From a virus, in the IMG/VR virus record IMGVR_UViG_3300020050_010026, positions 3,980 to 67,979 of that record: a DNA stretch of 64,000 nucleotides; one strand, 5' to 3'. The translations under genes and the position numbers were made by a program. Under the pieces are notes generated by a model. That model saw only the letters and a program-made list of their open reading frames with translations, searched no databases and was not told the DNA's origin. Below are positions 49,555 through 59,913 of this stretch, piece after piece (position 1 is the first letter of the stretch; the number at the start of each line of letters is the position of its first letter).

Positions 49555-49757
49555 AAATATTTAAAATTTGTTTTGTTAGGTTTTTTATTTCTTATCATCT
49601 CCATAAAGTAGTTATAACAATATTGCTCTTTATGATAATTTTCCCAAGCTTCTCTTGCGCAATCAAAAACTTCATTAGTTTATATGTTCTATATAATCTT
49701 TTACGCATAGTAATAAATTACTTGGTTGATGTGTTGGTAATATGTGTAGATTTTTCA

Positions 49758-49949
49758 TTACCAATCATCATTAGTTTCAAAATTATCTTCATTCATTGCA
49801 AATATAAAATCATCTGCAATTTGTGAATCAACACTACCATGACCATTACATAAACTACAAGATTTATATTCAAAACCTTTAGTTTGTTTTGGAACCATAA
49901 TTTCTTTAGCTCCTAAACATTGTGGACATTCTATTAAATTATTGTTCAT
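49758..49949 (-). CDS. small zinc-finger protein (DnaJ-type CxxCxGxG repeats)
   Basis: CPQCLGAKEI and CSLCNGHGSV. Confidence 0.35.
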   Translation of the reverse strand: MNNNLIECPQCLGAKEIMVPKQTKGFEYKSCSLCNGHGSVDSQIADDFIFAMNEDNFETNDDW

Positions 49950-49952
49950 TTT

Positions 49953-50162
49953 TCAATAATTTTGTTCATATTCTATTTTGTTTGATTGTTTTTCATAATC
50001 TTCTAATTTGTTAATATCTATATAATCAGCAATTTGATGAATACTATAATTTAAACCTAAATCTTCTTCAATTTTTTCAGCAATAATTACAGGATTAGAT
50101 GTTTTATATTCATAACTTACTAAATCTACAGCTATAGCTAATTGTGAGTATGGTTTTGTCAT
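49953..50162 (-). CDS. hypothetical protein
   Basis: Small ORF in a compact array. Confidence 0.3.
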   Translation of the reverse strand: MTKPYSQLAIAVDLVSYEYKTSNPVIIAEKIEEDLGLNYSIHQIADYIDINKLEDYEKQSNKIEYEQNY

Positions 50163-50163
50163 A

Positions 50164-50403
50164 TTAAGGTAATTTAATTTCTATAGTTTTTCTAACTGGT
50201 TCAAAATCATCAGTTAAACCTGCTTCACTTACTTGTTTACCGTTTTTATCTGCTACAAATAATCCACAGACTTCATAAATTTCAGCACCAAACATACCAA
50301 AAGTTACAAAACCTTGTTCAAATATTTTATCTCCAATATAGATAGCTACTTCTTGACCTAAATAAAAGGTTTTATTTCCAATTTTAAATTGTAATATGTT
50401 CAT
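50164..50403 (-). CDS. hypothetical protein
   Basis: Small ORF in a compact array. Confidence 0.3.
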   Translation of the reverse strand: MNILQFKIGNKTFYLGQEVAIYIGDKIFEQGFVTFGMFGAEIYEVCGLFVADKNGKQVSEAGLTDDFEPVRKTIEIKLP

Positions 50404-50404
50404 T

Positions 50405-50908
50405 TTAAATTAATTTTAATGCTTCTTGTAAACCTTTTTCTAATGCTTCTTCATAAGTTTTCCAATTATCATATTCATCATACCAACCATTTACATTCTG
50501 ATTTCCGTTTTTATCTTTTTGTTGTAAAAAACCCCAACTTGTATAAAATTGTATTTTTGTTCCGTCAGAAGTTAAATCATGGTAACTTTCTACATAAATA
50601 TTATGAACTTCTCTTAACCATTTTTGAAGTAATGATTGAGTTGGTGCTGAAAAGGTTTCTAAATAATCTTGTTGTTTTGAACAACCAAAACATCTATCTC
50701 CAGTTTTCTTAGTTAACCATTTATCATTCCAATTTTCATTAAATTCTGATAAATTAAATTCATATTCATCACCATAATATCCGTTGGTTCCTTTAAGAGA
50801 ATTTTCTCTAAATTCACCATCTTCAAAATAATAAGAATGTTGTAAAATATTAAAACCTTTTTCTTTAGCTAATTTAGCTGTTTCAAAACTTATTAATTTT
50901 TCTTCCAT
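50405..50908 (-). CDS. hypothetical protein directly downstream of the DNA polymerase
   Basis: 167-aa ORF separated by 1 nt from the PolB gene. Confidence 0.4.
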   Translation of the reverse strand: MEEKLISFETAKLAKEKGFNILQHSYYFEDGEFRENSLKGTNGYYGDEYEFNLSEFNENWNDKWLTKKTGDRCFGCSKQQDYLETFSAPTQSLLQKWLREVHNIYVESYHDLTSDGTKIQFYTSWGFLQQKDKNGNQNVNGWYDEYDNWKTYEEALEKGLQEALKLI

Positions 50909-50909
50909 T

Positions 50910-52796
50910 TTAAAATAATTTTAATTGGTTGTTGTGATTTATTTCGTCAATAATCTTTTGTGTTGCAGATATATAATAATTATAATTAATATTATATTCT
51001 TCCCACGATTGTTGTTGATGATTATTATATAAAGTTACAGCTTGACCAACATTTACATGTTGCATTGTACCTTGACCGTGTTTTTGTTTAAATAAATAAG
51101 CACCTTTTTTATTAAAGTAATATCTATTTAATTGTTGTTGAATCTGATTATTCCAGTAAACTACGAAATCTTTACCAATCTTGTTACTTTTACAATAATC
51201 ATAGATATGTAAATCATATTTATCAGGATTAGAAATAAATTCTCTAGGTGAAATATCTTTAGTATAATAAGCTTCTAATGCTTTTGCTATTACTAATTCA
51301 TCTACAGAATTTCCTAATAATGGTTTAGGAACAAACAGTCCTTTTTGTTTATATTTACCATCTTGAGTTATTGCAATATAATTATTTACATTTTTATAAA
51401 TAATTTTAGAATATATTTCATGCTCTAAATCTAAATTAAATTTATTACATGTCATATCTAAAATTTCTTGATATTGTTTTTGCATATGTTTTGGAACAAT
51501 TACTTCAATACCATCAGTATTAGCTGAAACAACTTGCCAATTATTAATAATACAAGTTTCAATACATTTAGTTAAAATAATCTGACCAATAAGACGTAAT
51601 CTCATAGCACCTTCTGGATAATACAACCAACTATGTTGATTATCTATTAAACCTGAAGTTGAATTAAGAATAAGTTTAAGAAAACTATCTTTAGCTTTAT
51701 CTTTAGCTTTTTTAGCTATTAAACGTTCTGTTTTAACTTCTTTATATCTTTCTAATACTTCATTAAATCTTAAACAACCATAATTAATCATTAAATTTGG
51801 ATACAGTGAAGCAACATCAGAAGTTATAACAATAAAATCTTTATTAGATTCATATTGTTCATTTTCATTAACTGAATGTAAACCACCAATACCATAAGTA
51901 AGTTTAATAGATGTATTAGCTTGATTAACAATTAATTCTTTACTAAAACTATCTTTAGATTTTAAAATATCAAACCATAATTGTTTAAATATTGGCAATC
52001 TAAATTGTGGATCAAAACCATGTAAACATTCATTTAAATATAATACAGGTTTCTCAAATCGTTGTTTTCTGACTTCATTTACATTTTTACGAGTTATTCT
52101 ACAATAATCTTGTAATAATGCTTCAGAAGCAATCTTTGGAGCATCCCACGACCAACAATCAAGTTTATATTCTTTATTAATATTAGCTCTAAGTTTTATT
52201 TCATCTTCCATTTTATTACATAATAATTCAGTAATAGTTAAATCGTGTACTGTATTATATGTACGAAGTTTTGGTAAATCTTCTAAAGTTAATATTGAAT
52301 TAGGTTTGTATGGTAATTCTTGAACTACATCATAACCTAATTGTATTGCTAAAGATTTTAAACTAATCTTTTTAGATATTCTTAACATTTTAGACCAATA
52401 ACAAAATAAATCAATATCTGTCCAATTTGTTTTAAACCATTTTAATTTAGATATTTCATCATCATAAATATCTCCAATAATCTTATCTGATAAATATTTT
52501 AATTCACCACATATGTTTTCATATTTTAAATCTTTAAGATTATGATAATTCATTAAAATATATTTAATAATTAAATTATCATAATGCACTCCATTAAAAG
52601 TTATTAAAAAACCATTATATGTTTTAAAATAGTTATAAACTTTATGAATATCATTTTGTTGTTCACTTATTTCATAATAAGTAATTTGCTTTGTAATATA
52701 ATTCTTTATACCAACGCAAAAAAAGTTAGTATAAACTTCTATATCCATTACTATTTTTCCTTCATTCATCCATATATTTAATTTAAAGTGAGTCAT
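50910..52796 (-). CDS. Family-B DNA polymerase, compact phi29-like (protein-primed type) with 3'-5' exonuclease domain
   Basis: Exo I IVMDIEVYTNFF (D-x-E). Exo II ITFNGVHYDNLII (compare phi29 HNLKFDGAFII). Motif A DVASLYPNLM (Dx2SLYP). Motif B KLILNSTSG (Kx3NSxYG). Motif C ANTDGIEV (DTD). 628 aa. Confidence 0.7.
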   Translation of the reverse strand: MTHFKLNIWMNEGKIVMDIEVYTNFFCVGIKNYITKQITYYEISEQQNDIHKVYNYFKTYNGFLITFNGVHYDNLIIKYILMNYHNLKDLKYENICGELKYLSDKIIGDIYDDEISKLKWFKTNWTDIDLFCYWSKMLRISKKISLKSLAIQLGYDVVQELPYKPNSILTLEDLPKLRTYNTVHDLTITELLCNKMEDEIKLRANINKEYKLDCWSWDAPKIASEALLQDYCRITRKNVNEVRKQRFEKPVLYLNECLHGFDPQFRLPIFKQLWFDILKSKDSFSKELIVNQANTSIKLTYGIGGLHSVNENEQYESNKDFIVITSDVASLYPNLMINYGCLRFNEVLERYKEVKTERLIAKKAKDKAKDSFLKLILNSTSGLIDNQHSWLYYPEGAMRLRLIGQIILTKCIETCIINNWQVVSANTDGIEVIVPKHMQKQYQEILDMTCNKFNLDLEHEIYSKIIYKNVNNYIAITQDGKYKQKGLFVPKPLLGNSVDELVIAKALEAYYTKDISPREFISNPDKYDLHIYDYCKSNKIGKDFVVYWNNQIQQQLNRYYFNKKGAYLFKQKHGQGTMQHVNVGQAVTLYNNHQQQSWEEYNINYNYYISATQKIIDEINHNNQLKLF

Positions 52797-52887
52797 ACTT
52801 TAAATAATGGATTTGAAAGAAATAACTAGGCTGAATTATCTACCATTTAATCTATTCCTTAAATAGACACCTAGTTATTAAATTATT

Positions 52888-53706
52888 TTATTGTTGTTTC
52901 ATTAAAGTAACAGGAGTATTACCATATAATGGTGTTTTACCATCCCATTTTTCAATAAATTGTTCTTGAAGTAATTGTGATGTAATACCTGAACTTCTAA
53001 TTTTATTCTGTTCAGCTTTTAATACTTCTAATTCATTACGTTTACGTTGTTCAGTAATTTGTTGATCTAATACAGAAATATTTGTATTTACTTCATTTCT
53101 TGTATCAATTTTTTCTTTAACTTTTTTACTAAAATCTAAATTGGCTGAAAATGTAATTAGTTCTAATCCTTTAGCTTCAAATGATTTTTTAACTAAATCT
53201 TGCACTACATTTTCAAATCGTAAACTACCACCAGAAGTCATTAAACTATCTGTTGTATATTTTCTACTTTCTTCTTTAATTAAATCATAAATATGTGGTT
53301 CTAAAACATTAGATTCTAATGCTAACATAAAATCTTGACCATTACCTAATCTTGAATTTTGAAAAACTAAATCTACAACTTTATCTGGAATTACTTTATA
53401 GGAATATAAAGGACTTGCTGTAAATGCGGTATTATCAGCAGCTTTTAACTGAAGAGTTCTTTTAGTATTGTTTTCATCTTCATTGTTAAATTCACCTCTT
53501 TGTTCAAATGCTGGAACTTGAAATAATTCAGAACCTGGTGAAAAAATTGTACTAACTCTACCTTGAACTTTAGAATAATCTGATTTACCAGATTTACCAT
53601 AGTTTTCCATTAATACTCCATAATAATTTGGAGCTACACGATCACAAGAAGTTAATAATACTAAAGCTAATAAAAGCATTCCTGAAAATTTTAATAATTT
53701 TTTCAT
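52888..53706 (-). CDS. Predicted lipoprotein (signal peptidase II lipobox)
   Basis: N-terminal MKKLLKFSGMLLLALVLLTSC with the lipobox LLTS|C. C-terminal coiled-coil region. Confidence 0.5.
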   Translation of the reverse strand: MKKLLKFSGMLLLALVLLTSCDRVAPNYYGVLMENYGKSGKSDYSKVQGRVSTIFSPGSELFQVPAFEQRGEFNNEDENNTKRTLQLKAADNTAFTASPLYSYKVIPDKVVDLVFQNSRLGNGQDFMLALESNVLEPHIYDLIKEESRKYTTDSLMTSGGSLRFENVVQDLVKKSFEAKGLELITFSANLDFSKKVKEKIDTRNEVNTNISVLDQQITEQRKRNELEVLKAEQNKIRSSGITSQLLQEQFIEKWDGKTPLYGNTPVTLMKQQ

Positions 53707-54365
53707 TTTTTTTTAATTTTTAATTTGTTTTAAAATTGTTTTAATTGATATATAAATTGTTAATAATACATAACCTATACCTAACCATGCATTAATATGA
53801 TTAAAAAACCATATACCTAAATACAAACTTCCTAAAATTAGTAAGATTGTTAAAATCCATTTATTCATTTCTTAATTTTTAAATATTTAAATAATATGTT
53901 TTTTCTACCAAAATCTTCTGTTGATAATTTTTTACTTGGTGTAATTAATAAATAGATTAAATGTCCTATAAAACCTAAGGAAAAAATAACAGCTACTATA
54001 AAAATAACTGTTATTAATATTTTGTTAATCACTATAACTCAAATTTAATTGCACCTAAATCCCAACAAGTATCTTCAAAAACTTTCATGATTTGTTGTTG
54101 AGAACGTAAACGTCCTTTATCATCACGTAAAATAGCATTGTTAATACTACTCACTTGTTTACCACCATCCTCAAAATGATAGGTAACTGTTGTTAATTTA
54201 TCCATTATTTTTTTTCAGATTTAATTGTTATTTTAGATCCACATACTGTGCAGTTAGCTTCGGTTTCTTTTTCATTGATATTGAAAACACGATTTCCTTT
54301 ATCATATGTATTATCTTGAAAAGGATGAATACATTTACATTTTAAAATTTTTGTTCCGGACATAA

Positions 54366-54659
54366 TTAAGCTAATTGTAATTGGTTTTGAACTCTAATTG
54401 GTGATTTGATGTTTTGTTTAAAATCATTCCACATAGCAGTTCTTTGTTGTCTTGATACAAGTTCAACATTTTTCTCTTTATCAAATAAGTGATTCATACT
54501 TTTTCTAAAAGAAAGAAATCTTCCAACTTGTTTTTCTTTTACATCTCCATGACGAACCTTTGTAGTTCTTGATATAATTTCTTGGTCACCATTAATAATG
54601 TGACATGTTGTAGCGTTATTTTTATAACTCCAACGAACATTTAATCCTCCTAAATTCAT
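54366..54659 (-). CDS. hypothetical protein
   Basis: ORF in a compact array. Confidence 0.35.
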   Translation of the reverse strand: MNLGGLNVRWSYKNNATTCHIINGDQEIISRTTKVRHGDVKEKQVGRFLSFRKSMNHLFDKEKNVELVSRQQRTAMWNDFKQNIKSPIRVQNQLQLA

Positions 54660-54670
54660 AATTTGTTAAT

Positions 54671-55420
54671 TTATTTGTTGTTATTTAATTTTTCTTTTAC
54701 TAATTGTTTTAAACTTTCAGTTATTGCTTCTTTAGCCATTTTACTAATTCTTGGTGCAGGAATATTTAATGTATTATTTATAATGTCATTAATAGATAAA
54801 CAAGGCTTATTCATTAAAATATATTCTTCAGCTTTTTCTTTTGTTGAAAATTCTATAAAATTATCAGTAACATAAACTGTATTAATATGTTTTATTGCCA
54901 CTATATCAAATTTAGAGTTATGAACTCCATATGAATAATCACCATCAAAAATATCTACACCATCTTCAGTTGTGAATAATGGTTGTTTAGATTTTTTAAT
55001 ATTATTTAAATTATAATGCAATCTTGAACCATTTGGATTATTTGTATCATATAAAGCGGAAACCATACATTTATCATTTACAATATCAATTTTATTTATT
55101 GTATAATTTACATATTCACTAAAAACTTTATCACCAATAGTAAATATTTCACCATCTGACAGTCTTTTAACTGAATGAATTTTAAAATCTAATCTATGTA
55201 ATATTCCTTGATTATCTTTTTCTCTAAAAATATTATTGTTATTATCACTATAAGATAATATCTCATAATCTTTTTCAACAACTTCTTGCCAATCTTCACC
55301 TTTAATAATATCACCTAAAATTAAATTAGAATTTCCAATTAATGTTTGACATGATAAACCTGTTTTACCTCCTATTTTTATAACTTTATTTGTTAATTTA
55401 TGTTTAAATTTTCTTTCCAT
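54671..55420 (-). CDS. hypothetical protein
   Basis: ORF in a compact array. Confidence 0.4.
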   Translation of the reverse strand: MERKFKHKLTNKVIKIGGKTGLSCQTLIGNSNLILGDIIKGEDWQEVVEKDYEILSYSDNNNNIFREKDNQGILHRLDFKIHSVKRLSDGEIFTIGDKVFSEYVNYTINKIDIVNDKCMVSALYDTNNPNGSRLHYNLNNIKKSKQPLFTTEDGVDIFDGDYSYGVHNSKFDIVAIKHINTVYVTDNFIEFSTKEKAEEYILMNKPCLSINDIINNTLNIPAPRISKMAKEAITESLKQLVKEKLNNNK

Positions 55421-55469
55421 TTTATTAGGATATGTTAATTATTTTTCGTATATTTGTAAAAATTTTAAT

Positions 55470-55790
55470 ATGAAATCAACTCAAGAACAACGCTATATTT
55501 ATAATAAAAAATATAGAGAAAATAATATTGAATTAATTAAAAATCAAAAATTAATTGCAAGATATGGTATTATATTAGAAGATTTTAATAATCTTTTAAT
55601 TTTACAAAACAATAAATGTGCTATTTGTTTAAATGAACTTAAACAAGGACGTTCTACTCATGTAGATCATTGTCATAATTCTAATAAAGTTAGAGGATTA
55701 TTATGTGTAAAATGTAATCTTGCATTAGGTCTTCTAAAAGATAATATTGAAGCATTAGATAGAATATATAATTATTTAAAAAATACTTAA
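55470..55790 (+). CDS. HNH endonuclease (endonuclease-VII-like zinc HNH), freestanding homing-endonuclease candidate
   Basis: CAICLNEL…HVDHCH…NKVRGLLCVKCNLALG is a C-x-x-C…H-x-D-H…N…C-x-x-C-N layout. Lone plus-strand gene inside the minus-strand block. Confidence 0.7.
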   Translation: MKSTQEQRYIYNKKYRENNIELIKNQKLIARYGIILEDFNNLLILQNNKCAICLNELKQGRSTHVDHCHNSNKVRGLLCVKCNLALGLLKDNIEALDRIYNYLKNT

Positions 55791-55833
55791 TTTATGACAA
55801 TTCCTAATTATTCTTTAATTAATTTATATTTTT

Positions 55834-57198
55834 TCATAACTTAAAAATGTTTTTAGTTAATATTCTACATTGAGAATTTGTATTACCACTTCCTACATAT
55901 TCATAAAAAGCTACAGAATGACCATTAATATATTGTAAATCATAAATTTTTTTCTTACCATTATGGATAATATCACCAATTTCAAATCCATTATGTAATA
56001 CATATTTTTTAAATTGTTCAAGTGTGATTTCAGTATAACCTAATAGATTTTTAGGTTTATTGTATCCATAGCTTTTATCAGAAAACATACAACATGAATT
56101 ATTTTTAAGATATGCTACATTTTGATTTCTTCTATTATTTTCCCATTTATTTAAAATTTCAGCATTATCAACATTTCTTCGAACATACCATTTTTCAGGT
56201 AATTTGAAATCTTCTACAATTTGTTTAGATTCTGGATATAATTCAATTTTATCTAAACCAATACCATTTTTACCATGAATTTCAGTAATAGCACAAATAG
56301 CAGTTTTAGCATTATTCCATCTAAAACTTTTTATAGTCAATTTTCTACCTTTATTTGGTGAATTTTTAGTAAATACAGTAATTTTATCATTTAATTGATA
56401 AATAGCTCCTTCTGAAGATTCTACTCTAATTATTTTTCCAATATTTAAATCAATTCCTTCTTTTTCTAAAACTTTATCTTTAGGTTCTTCTAATTGTTCT
56501 TTTAAAACATATTGTTTAAATAGATCAAATGTTATTTCAGTATTACTTAATGTATTAAAAATAGATGTACAATGTACACCATTATAACCATAATACATAC
56601 CAATATTACCACTTCTTTCACCATCATTAGTATTTTTATTAATATAATCAATAACAGTTTTTTGATTTTCACTTGTCAATTTAATACACCATAATTCAGG
56701 TAACACAAATTCAGGTTCTTTAACTACAAATTGAGCATCATAAGCTTCTTTTGTTGATGGTTTAAAACGTTTCCAATTAGTTCCACACCAACCATTTGCT
56801 TTACCTTTTTCGTCTATAAAATTAAAAGTAGCTTCTAAATTATTTTTATTAACTATTTTATAAGTTTTACCTTTAATAAATTCTGCACTGTTTGCATTAG
56901 TTTCACCTATATATTCATAATATTCAGGAATAAATGTTTTCATAGCTTCTTCATAAGATATAAAACTATTAGCAGCGATACATACTTCAAGCCAATGTTT
57001 TTCTTCTGAAGTTGCTAATCTTAATTTACTAATATTAAAAACATTATCTTTATTTTTTCCAAATGTGCTACGATTATTTCCAATATAAAAACCTTTAATA
57101 CCTGTTTGATAATATTCAGTTTCATATTGAACAATATTTCCATTATTAGATGTGTAAATTTCACCTTTGATTAAATCTTTTTTTTTTAATTGTTTCAT
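55834..57198 (-). CDS. hypothetical protein with internal repeats (454 aa)
   Basis: Recurrent …KG(E/K)IY…N…I/V… segments, suggesting a tandem beta-repeat domain. Confidence 0.45.
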   Translation of the reverse strand: MKQLKKKDLIKGEIYTSNNGNIVQYETEYYQTGIKGFYIGNNRSTFGKNKDNVFNISKLRLATSEEKHWLEVCIAANSFISYEEAMKTFIPEYYEYIGETNANSAEFIKGKTYKIVNKNNLEATFNFIDEKGKANGWCGTNWKRFKPSTKEAYDAQFVVKEPEFVLPELWCIKLTSENQKTVIDYINKNTNDGERSGNIGMYYGYNGVHCTSIFNTLSNTEITFDLFKQYVLKEQLEEPKDKVLEKEGIDLNIGKIIRVESSEGAIYQLNDKITVFTKNSPNKGRKLTIKSFRWNNAKTAICAITEIHGKNGIGLDKIELYPESKQIVEDFKLPEKWYVRRNVDNAEILNKWENNRRNQNVAYLKNNSCCMFSDKSYGYNKPKNLLGYTEITLEQFKKYVLHNGFEIGDIIHNGKKKIYDLQYINGHSVAFYEYVGSGNTNSQCRILTKNIFKL

Positions 57199-57549
57199 TT
57201 TATTTATTTTAGTTAATTAAGAACAAACAACTTCATTGTTTATCCATTCTTCCATTTCATCTAAATAATGAATTTCATCTCTATCCATGATATTTTGATG
57301 TTTTAATTTTACAAATTTCGTATTGTTTATGTTCAATACCTACAGGTAAACCTATTACGTTTACACCTAACTGAAAGTATGTTACACATACTAATTTCCA
57401 CATATTCATATTTTATAATTATTTTAAGTTATTTTTAATTCATAATATTTAAAAAATGTGAGTTACTAATATATATCTGTTTTTACAGTTATACATTTTC
57501 ACTCACATATCAACTAACTAATCAAATAAACATTATGAAAGTTTATTTG

Positions 57550-57625
57550 GTGTTGTAACAGGGGTCGAACCTGCATCTACATAACACCCTGTTATATAAA
57601 TCTTACCCTTAGATATGATACAACA
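57550..57625 (-). tRNA. tRNA-like element (76 nt) with canonical acceptor/T-arm but non-canonical anticodon loop; possible pseudo-tRNA
   Basis: Minus strand: TGTTGTA…ATCT-AAGGGTA-AGAT…TATAA-CAGGGTG-TTATG…GCAGG-TTCGACC-CCTGT-TACAACA-C. Acceptor 7/7, D-arm with GG. The 7-nt loop has A at position 33 and a pyrimidine at 37. Confidence 0.3.
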
Positions 57626-57814
57626 ACTCCCTAATATTTAAACCATTGTTAATTTTGTACAATTAGTTTAAATGTCGACTTTTTTTTTTAATATTATCTT
57701 TGAATTTTCCAAAGACTTTCGTAAGATTTACCTTTTTTTCTAAAAATTAAAAACGATAATAAAGTTATTATGGGTATTACTATCATTGGAACAGTTTTAC
57801 AATACATCTTATTT

Positions 57815-58045
57815 TCATAATATTTTTTGATTTAAAAAGTTTATAATTTTTTTCTTTTGCATATGAATAAAAAAAGAAATAAACAATATGGAAGTAAGAC
57901 ATGTTAAAGCAAAGATTAAAGCTGCAAATATTTCAAAAGGTGTTGGATTTAATTTATTAAATAAATCAATATGTATAATTGTATATATGTTTAAATATAA
58001 TATATATATTAACATAAGTATTAATAATAAATGTTTTACTTTCAT
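57815..58045 (-). CDS. small membrane protein (two predicted TM helices; holin-like)
   Basis: MKVKHLLLILMLIYILYLNIYTIIHI… and …IFAALIFALTCLTSILFISFFI, followed by a basic tail. Confidence 0.35.
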   Translation of the reverse strand: MKVKHLLLILMLIYILYLNIYTIIHIDLFNKLNPTPFEIFAALIFALTCLTSILFISFFIHMQKKKIINFLNQKIL

Positions 58046-58377
58046 AATTTTAATTTTTTAAACTCAGAATATAAATAATCTACTGGATGAGATTCCCACC
58101 AACTTGATTGTAAAATAGAATTGAATTCGTAATCTAATTCATTATCATAATTTGGTAATTCTCCTAATTGTAACATTTTATCAGCTAAATGTGTCATACA
58201 AAATTCAAACCAATGAATTCTTGTAATATTTTTATTTTTAATAAAATATATATAACCGTCAGGTTCTAGATCATAATCATTCACACCTAAATATGTTTCA
58301 ATATATTCAGGAAATAATACTTTACACATTTCTAATAATTTAGATTTATGCTCTTCTGTTAATTCAATTGGTTTCAT
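58042..58377 (-). CDS. hypothetical protein
   Basis: ORF in a compact array. Confidence 0.35.
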   Translation of the reverse strand: MKPIELTEEHKSKLLEMCKVLFPEYIETYLGVNDYDLEPDGYIYFIKNKNITRIHWFEFCMTHLADKMLQLGELPNYDNELDYEFNSILQSSWWESHPVDYLYSEFKKLKL

Positions 58378-58646
58378 TTTGTTTGAAGTTTATCAAAATT
58401 AGATTTTAAATATTTTAAATTAGATTCTTTTTGTAATAATTCAATTTCTTGATTTTTGATTTGATTTTCTTTCATTTCAATTAAATTATTTTTTATTTCA
58501 TCTAAAATAATTAATTGTTGATGTGAATCCCAATTATCAAATATGTGTTGTGATAGTCTTTTAGCTTCCATTACAGCTAATTTACTAGTACCTGGTATAT
58601 AACATATAAATTTATATTTTATATATCTTTTAAAACGTTTAAACAT
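58374..58646 (-). CDS. hypothetical protein
   Basis: ORF in a compact array. Confidence 0.35.
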   Translation of the reverse strand: MFKRFKRYIKYKFICYIPGTSKLAVMEAKRLSQHIFDNWDSHQQLIILDEIKNNLIEMKENQIKNQEIELLQKESNLKYLKSNFDKLQTK

Positions 58647-58850
58647 GATAATCTATGTTAATTTAACGTTCATATTAAATGAACGACGATTGTTTCTAGC
58701 TACAGCATTAGCTAAATAATGTTTCAATTGTTCTTGTGATGTAAATTTAATTTCTCTTTTAAAGAAGTTAGGTTTACGATTACTGTTACTATTATTCGCA
58801 GTAATCTTTGGTGTGTTTTGTGTATTCATAATGTTTTTAATTTGTTTTAG

Positions 58851-59303
58851 TTAATTTAATTCTTTTATTGAAATGTTAATTTTATTACTTGTTCTTGGAT
58901 TTCTAAAATTGTAAATATGTTTCCAACCGTTTTTATCTAAAGTTTTAACTTCAGCTATATTGTCAGAAACATCTGTACATAATAATATTCCATATCCTAA
59001 TTCTTTAGCAATATCTATTCTAAAATTATTTAAAATAGTATTTACACCTTTATTTTTATAATTATTAGAAACAAAAACTCCTGTGCTAACACAAATACCA
59101 CAACAACCAATCATTTGTACTAATGTAAAATTAGATATTATTATTTTAGTATTTGTTACAGTAAATTTTAAACCGTTAGGATTATTTTTAACATAAATTA
59201 AAAGATTATATGTTAATTCTACCCATTTATTATCTAAAAAGATTTTTATTTCTACATCAGTTTTTAATAAATCTTTTAATTGTCCTATATATTTATCTAT
59301 CAT
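58851..59303 (-). CDS. GNAT-fold acetyltransferase-like protein (paralog B of 39827-40357)
   Basis: …GCCGICVSTGVFVSNNYKNKGVNTILNNF…GYGILLCTDVSDNIAEVKTLDKNGWKHIYNFRNPRTSNK; co-linear with paralog A. Confidence 0.4.
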   Translation of the reverse strand: MIDKYIGQLKDLLKTDVEIKIFLDNKWVELTYNLLIYVKNNPNGLKFTVTNTKIIISNFTLVQMIGCCGICVSTGVFVSNNYKNKGVNTILNNFRIDIAKELGYGILLCTDVSDNIAEVKTLDKNGWKHIYNFRNPRTSNKINISIKELN

Positions 59304-59638
59304 GATTGTAAAGATTCTAAAATTTTCATACCAATATGTTGTGATTCAACATTTTTTACTTTGGTAACTTCACTCCATGATTTTGACGATTCATATCTAA
59401 AATCATTTAATACAAAATTCCAATATAGGTTCCATAGATAATTAAAATAAGGTTTTGTTAAATAACCTAATTTGTTATACTTGTTTTTACATCTACTAAA
59501 TTCATCTTGTTGTACAAGACGTAAATGTTTGAATATTTCTTGTGATTCAATAGCTTTAATCATTGACATCACTTTAACTCCTTTATATCCAGCTTTTTCA
59601 AGCTCTGTTTTAGATATAAATTTTCTTTTTTTTTCCAT
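59300..59638 (-). CDS. hypothetical protein
   Basis: ORF in a compact array. Confidence 0.35.
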   Translation of the reverse strand: MEKKRKFISKTELEKAGYKGVKVMSMIKAIESQEIFKHLRLVQQDEFSRCKNKYNKLGYLTKPYFNYLWNLYWNFVLNDFRYESSKSWSEVTKVKNVESQHIGMKILESLQS

Positions 59639-59664
59639 AATGTTGTTAATTTTAATTAGTTAGT

Positions 59665-59913
59665 TTACCATTCTGTATTTGGATCATTACATGGTCTACC
59701 ATTAATGAATAATTCTGTACTAATAGAAGTATTTTTTATTAAAATACTATCAATTGATTGTGGTATATCAGATGTTTCTTCTAAATCATCTTCTGTAATA
59801 GTTCTTGTTGCTTTTTTAATTAATTTATCTTCAGCATATTTTAATCCGTAATAACACGTTTTCAAAATATCAAGTTTTTGTTTTGATAATTTTGTTAAAT
59901 CTAAATTTTTCAT
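59665..59913 (-). CDS. hypothetical protein
   Basis: ORF in a compact array. Confidence 0.3.
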   Translation of the reverse strand: MKNLDLTKLSKQKLDILKTCYYGLKYAEDKLIKKATRTITEDDLEETSDIPQSIDSILIKNTSISTELFINGRPCNDPNTEW

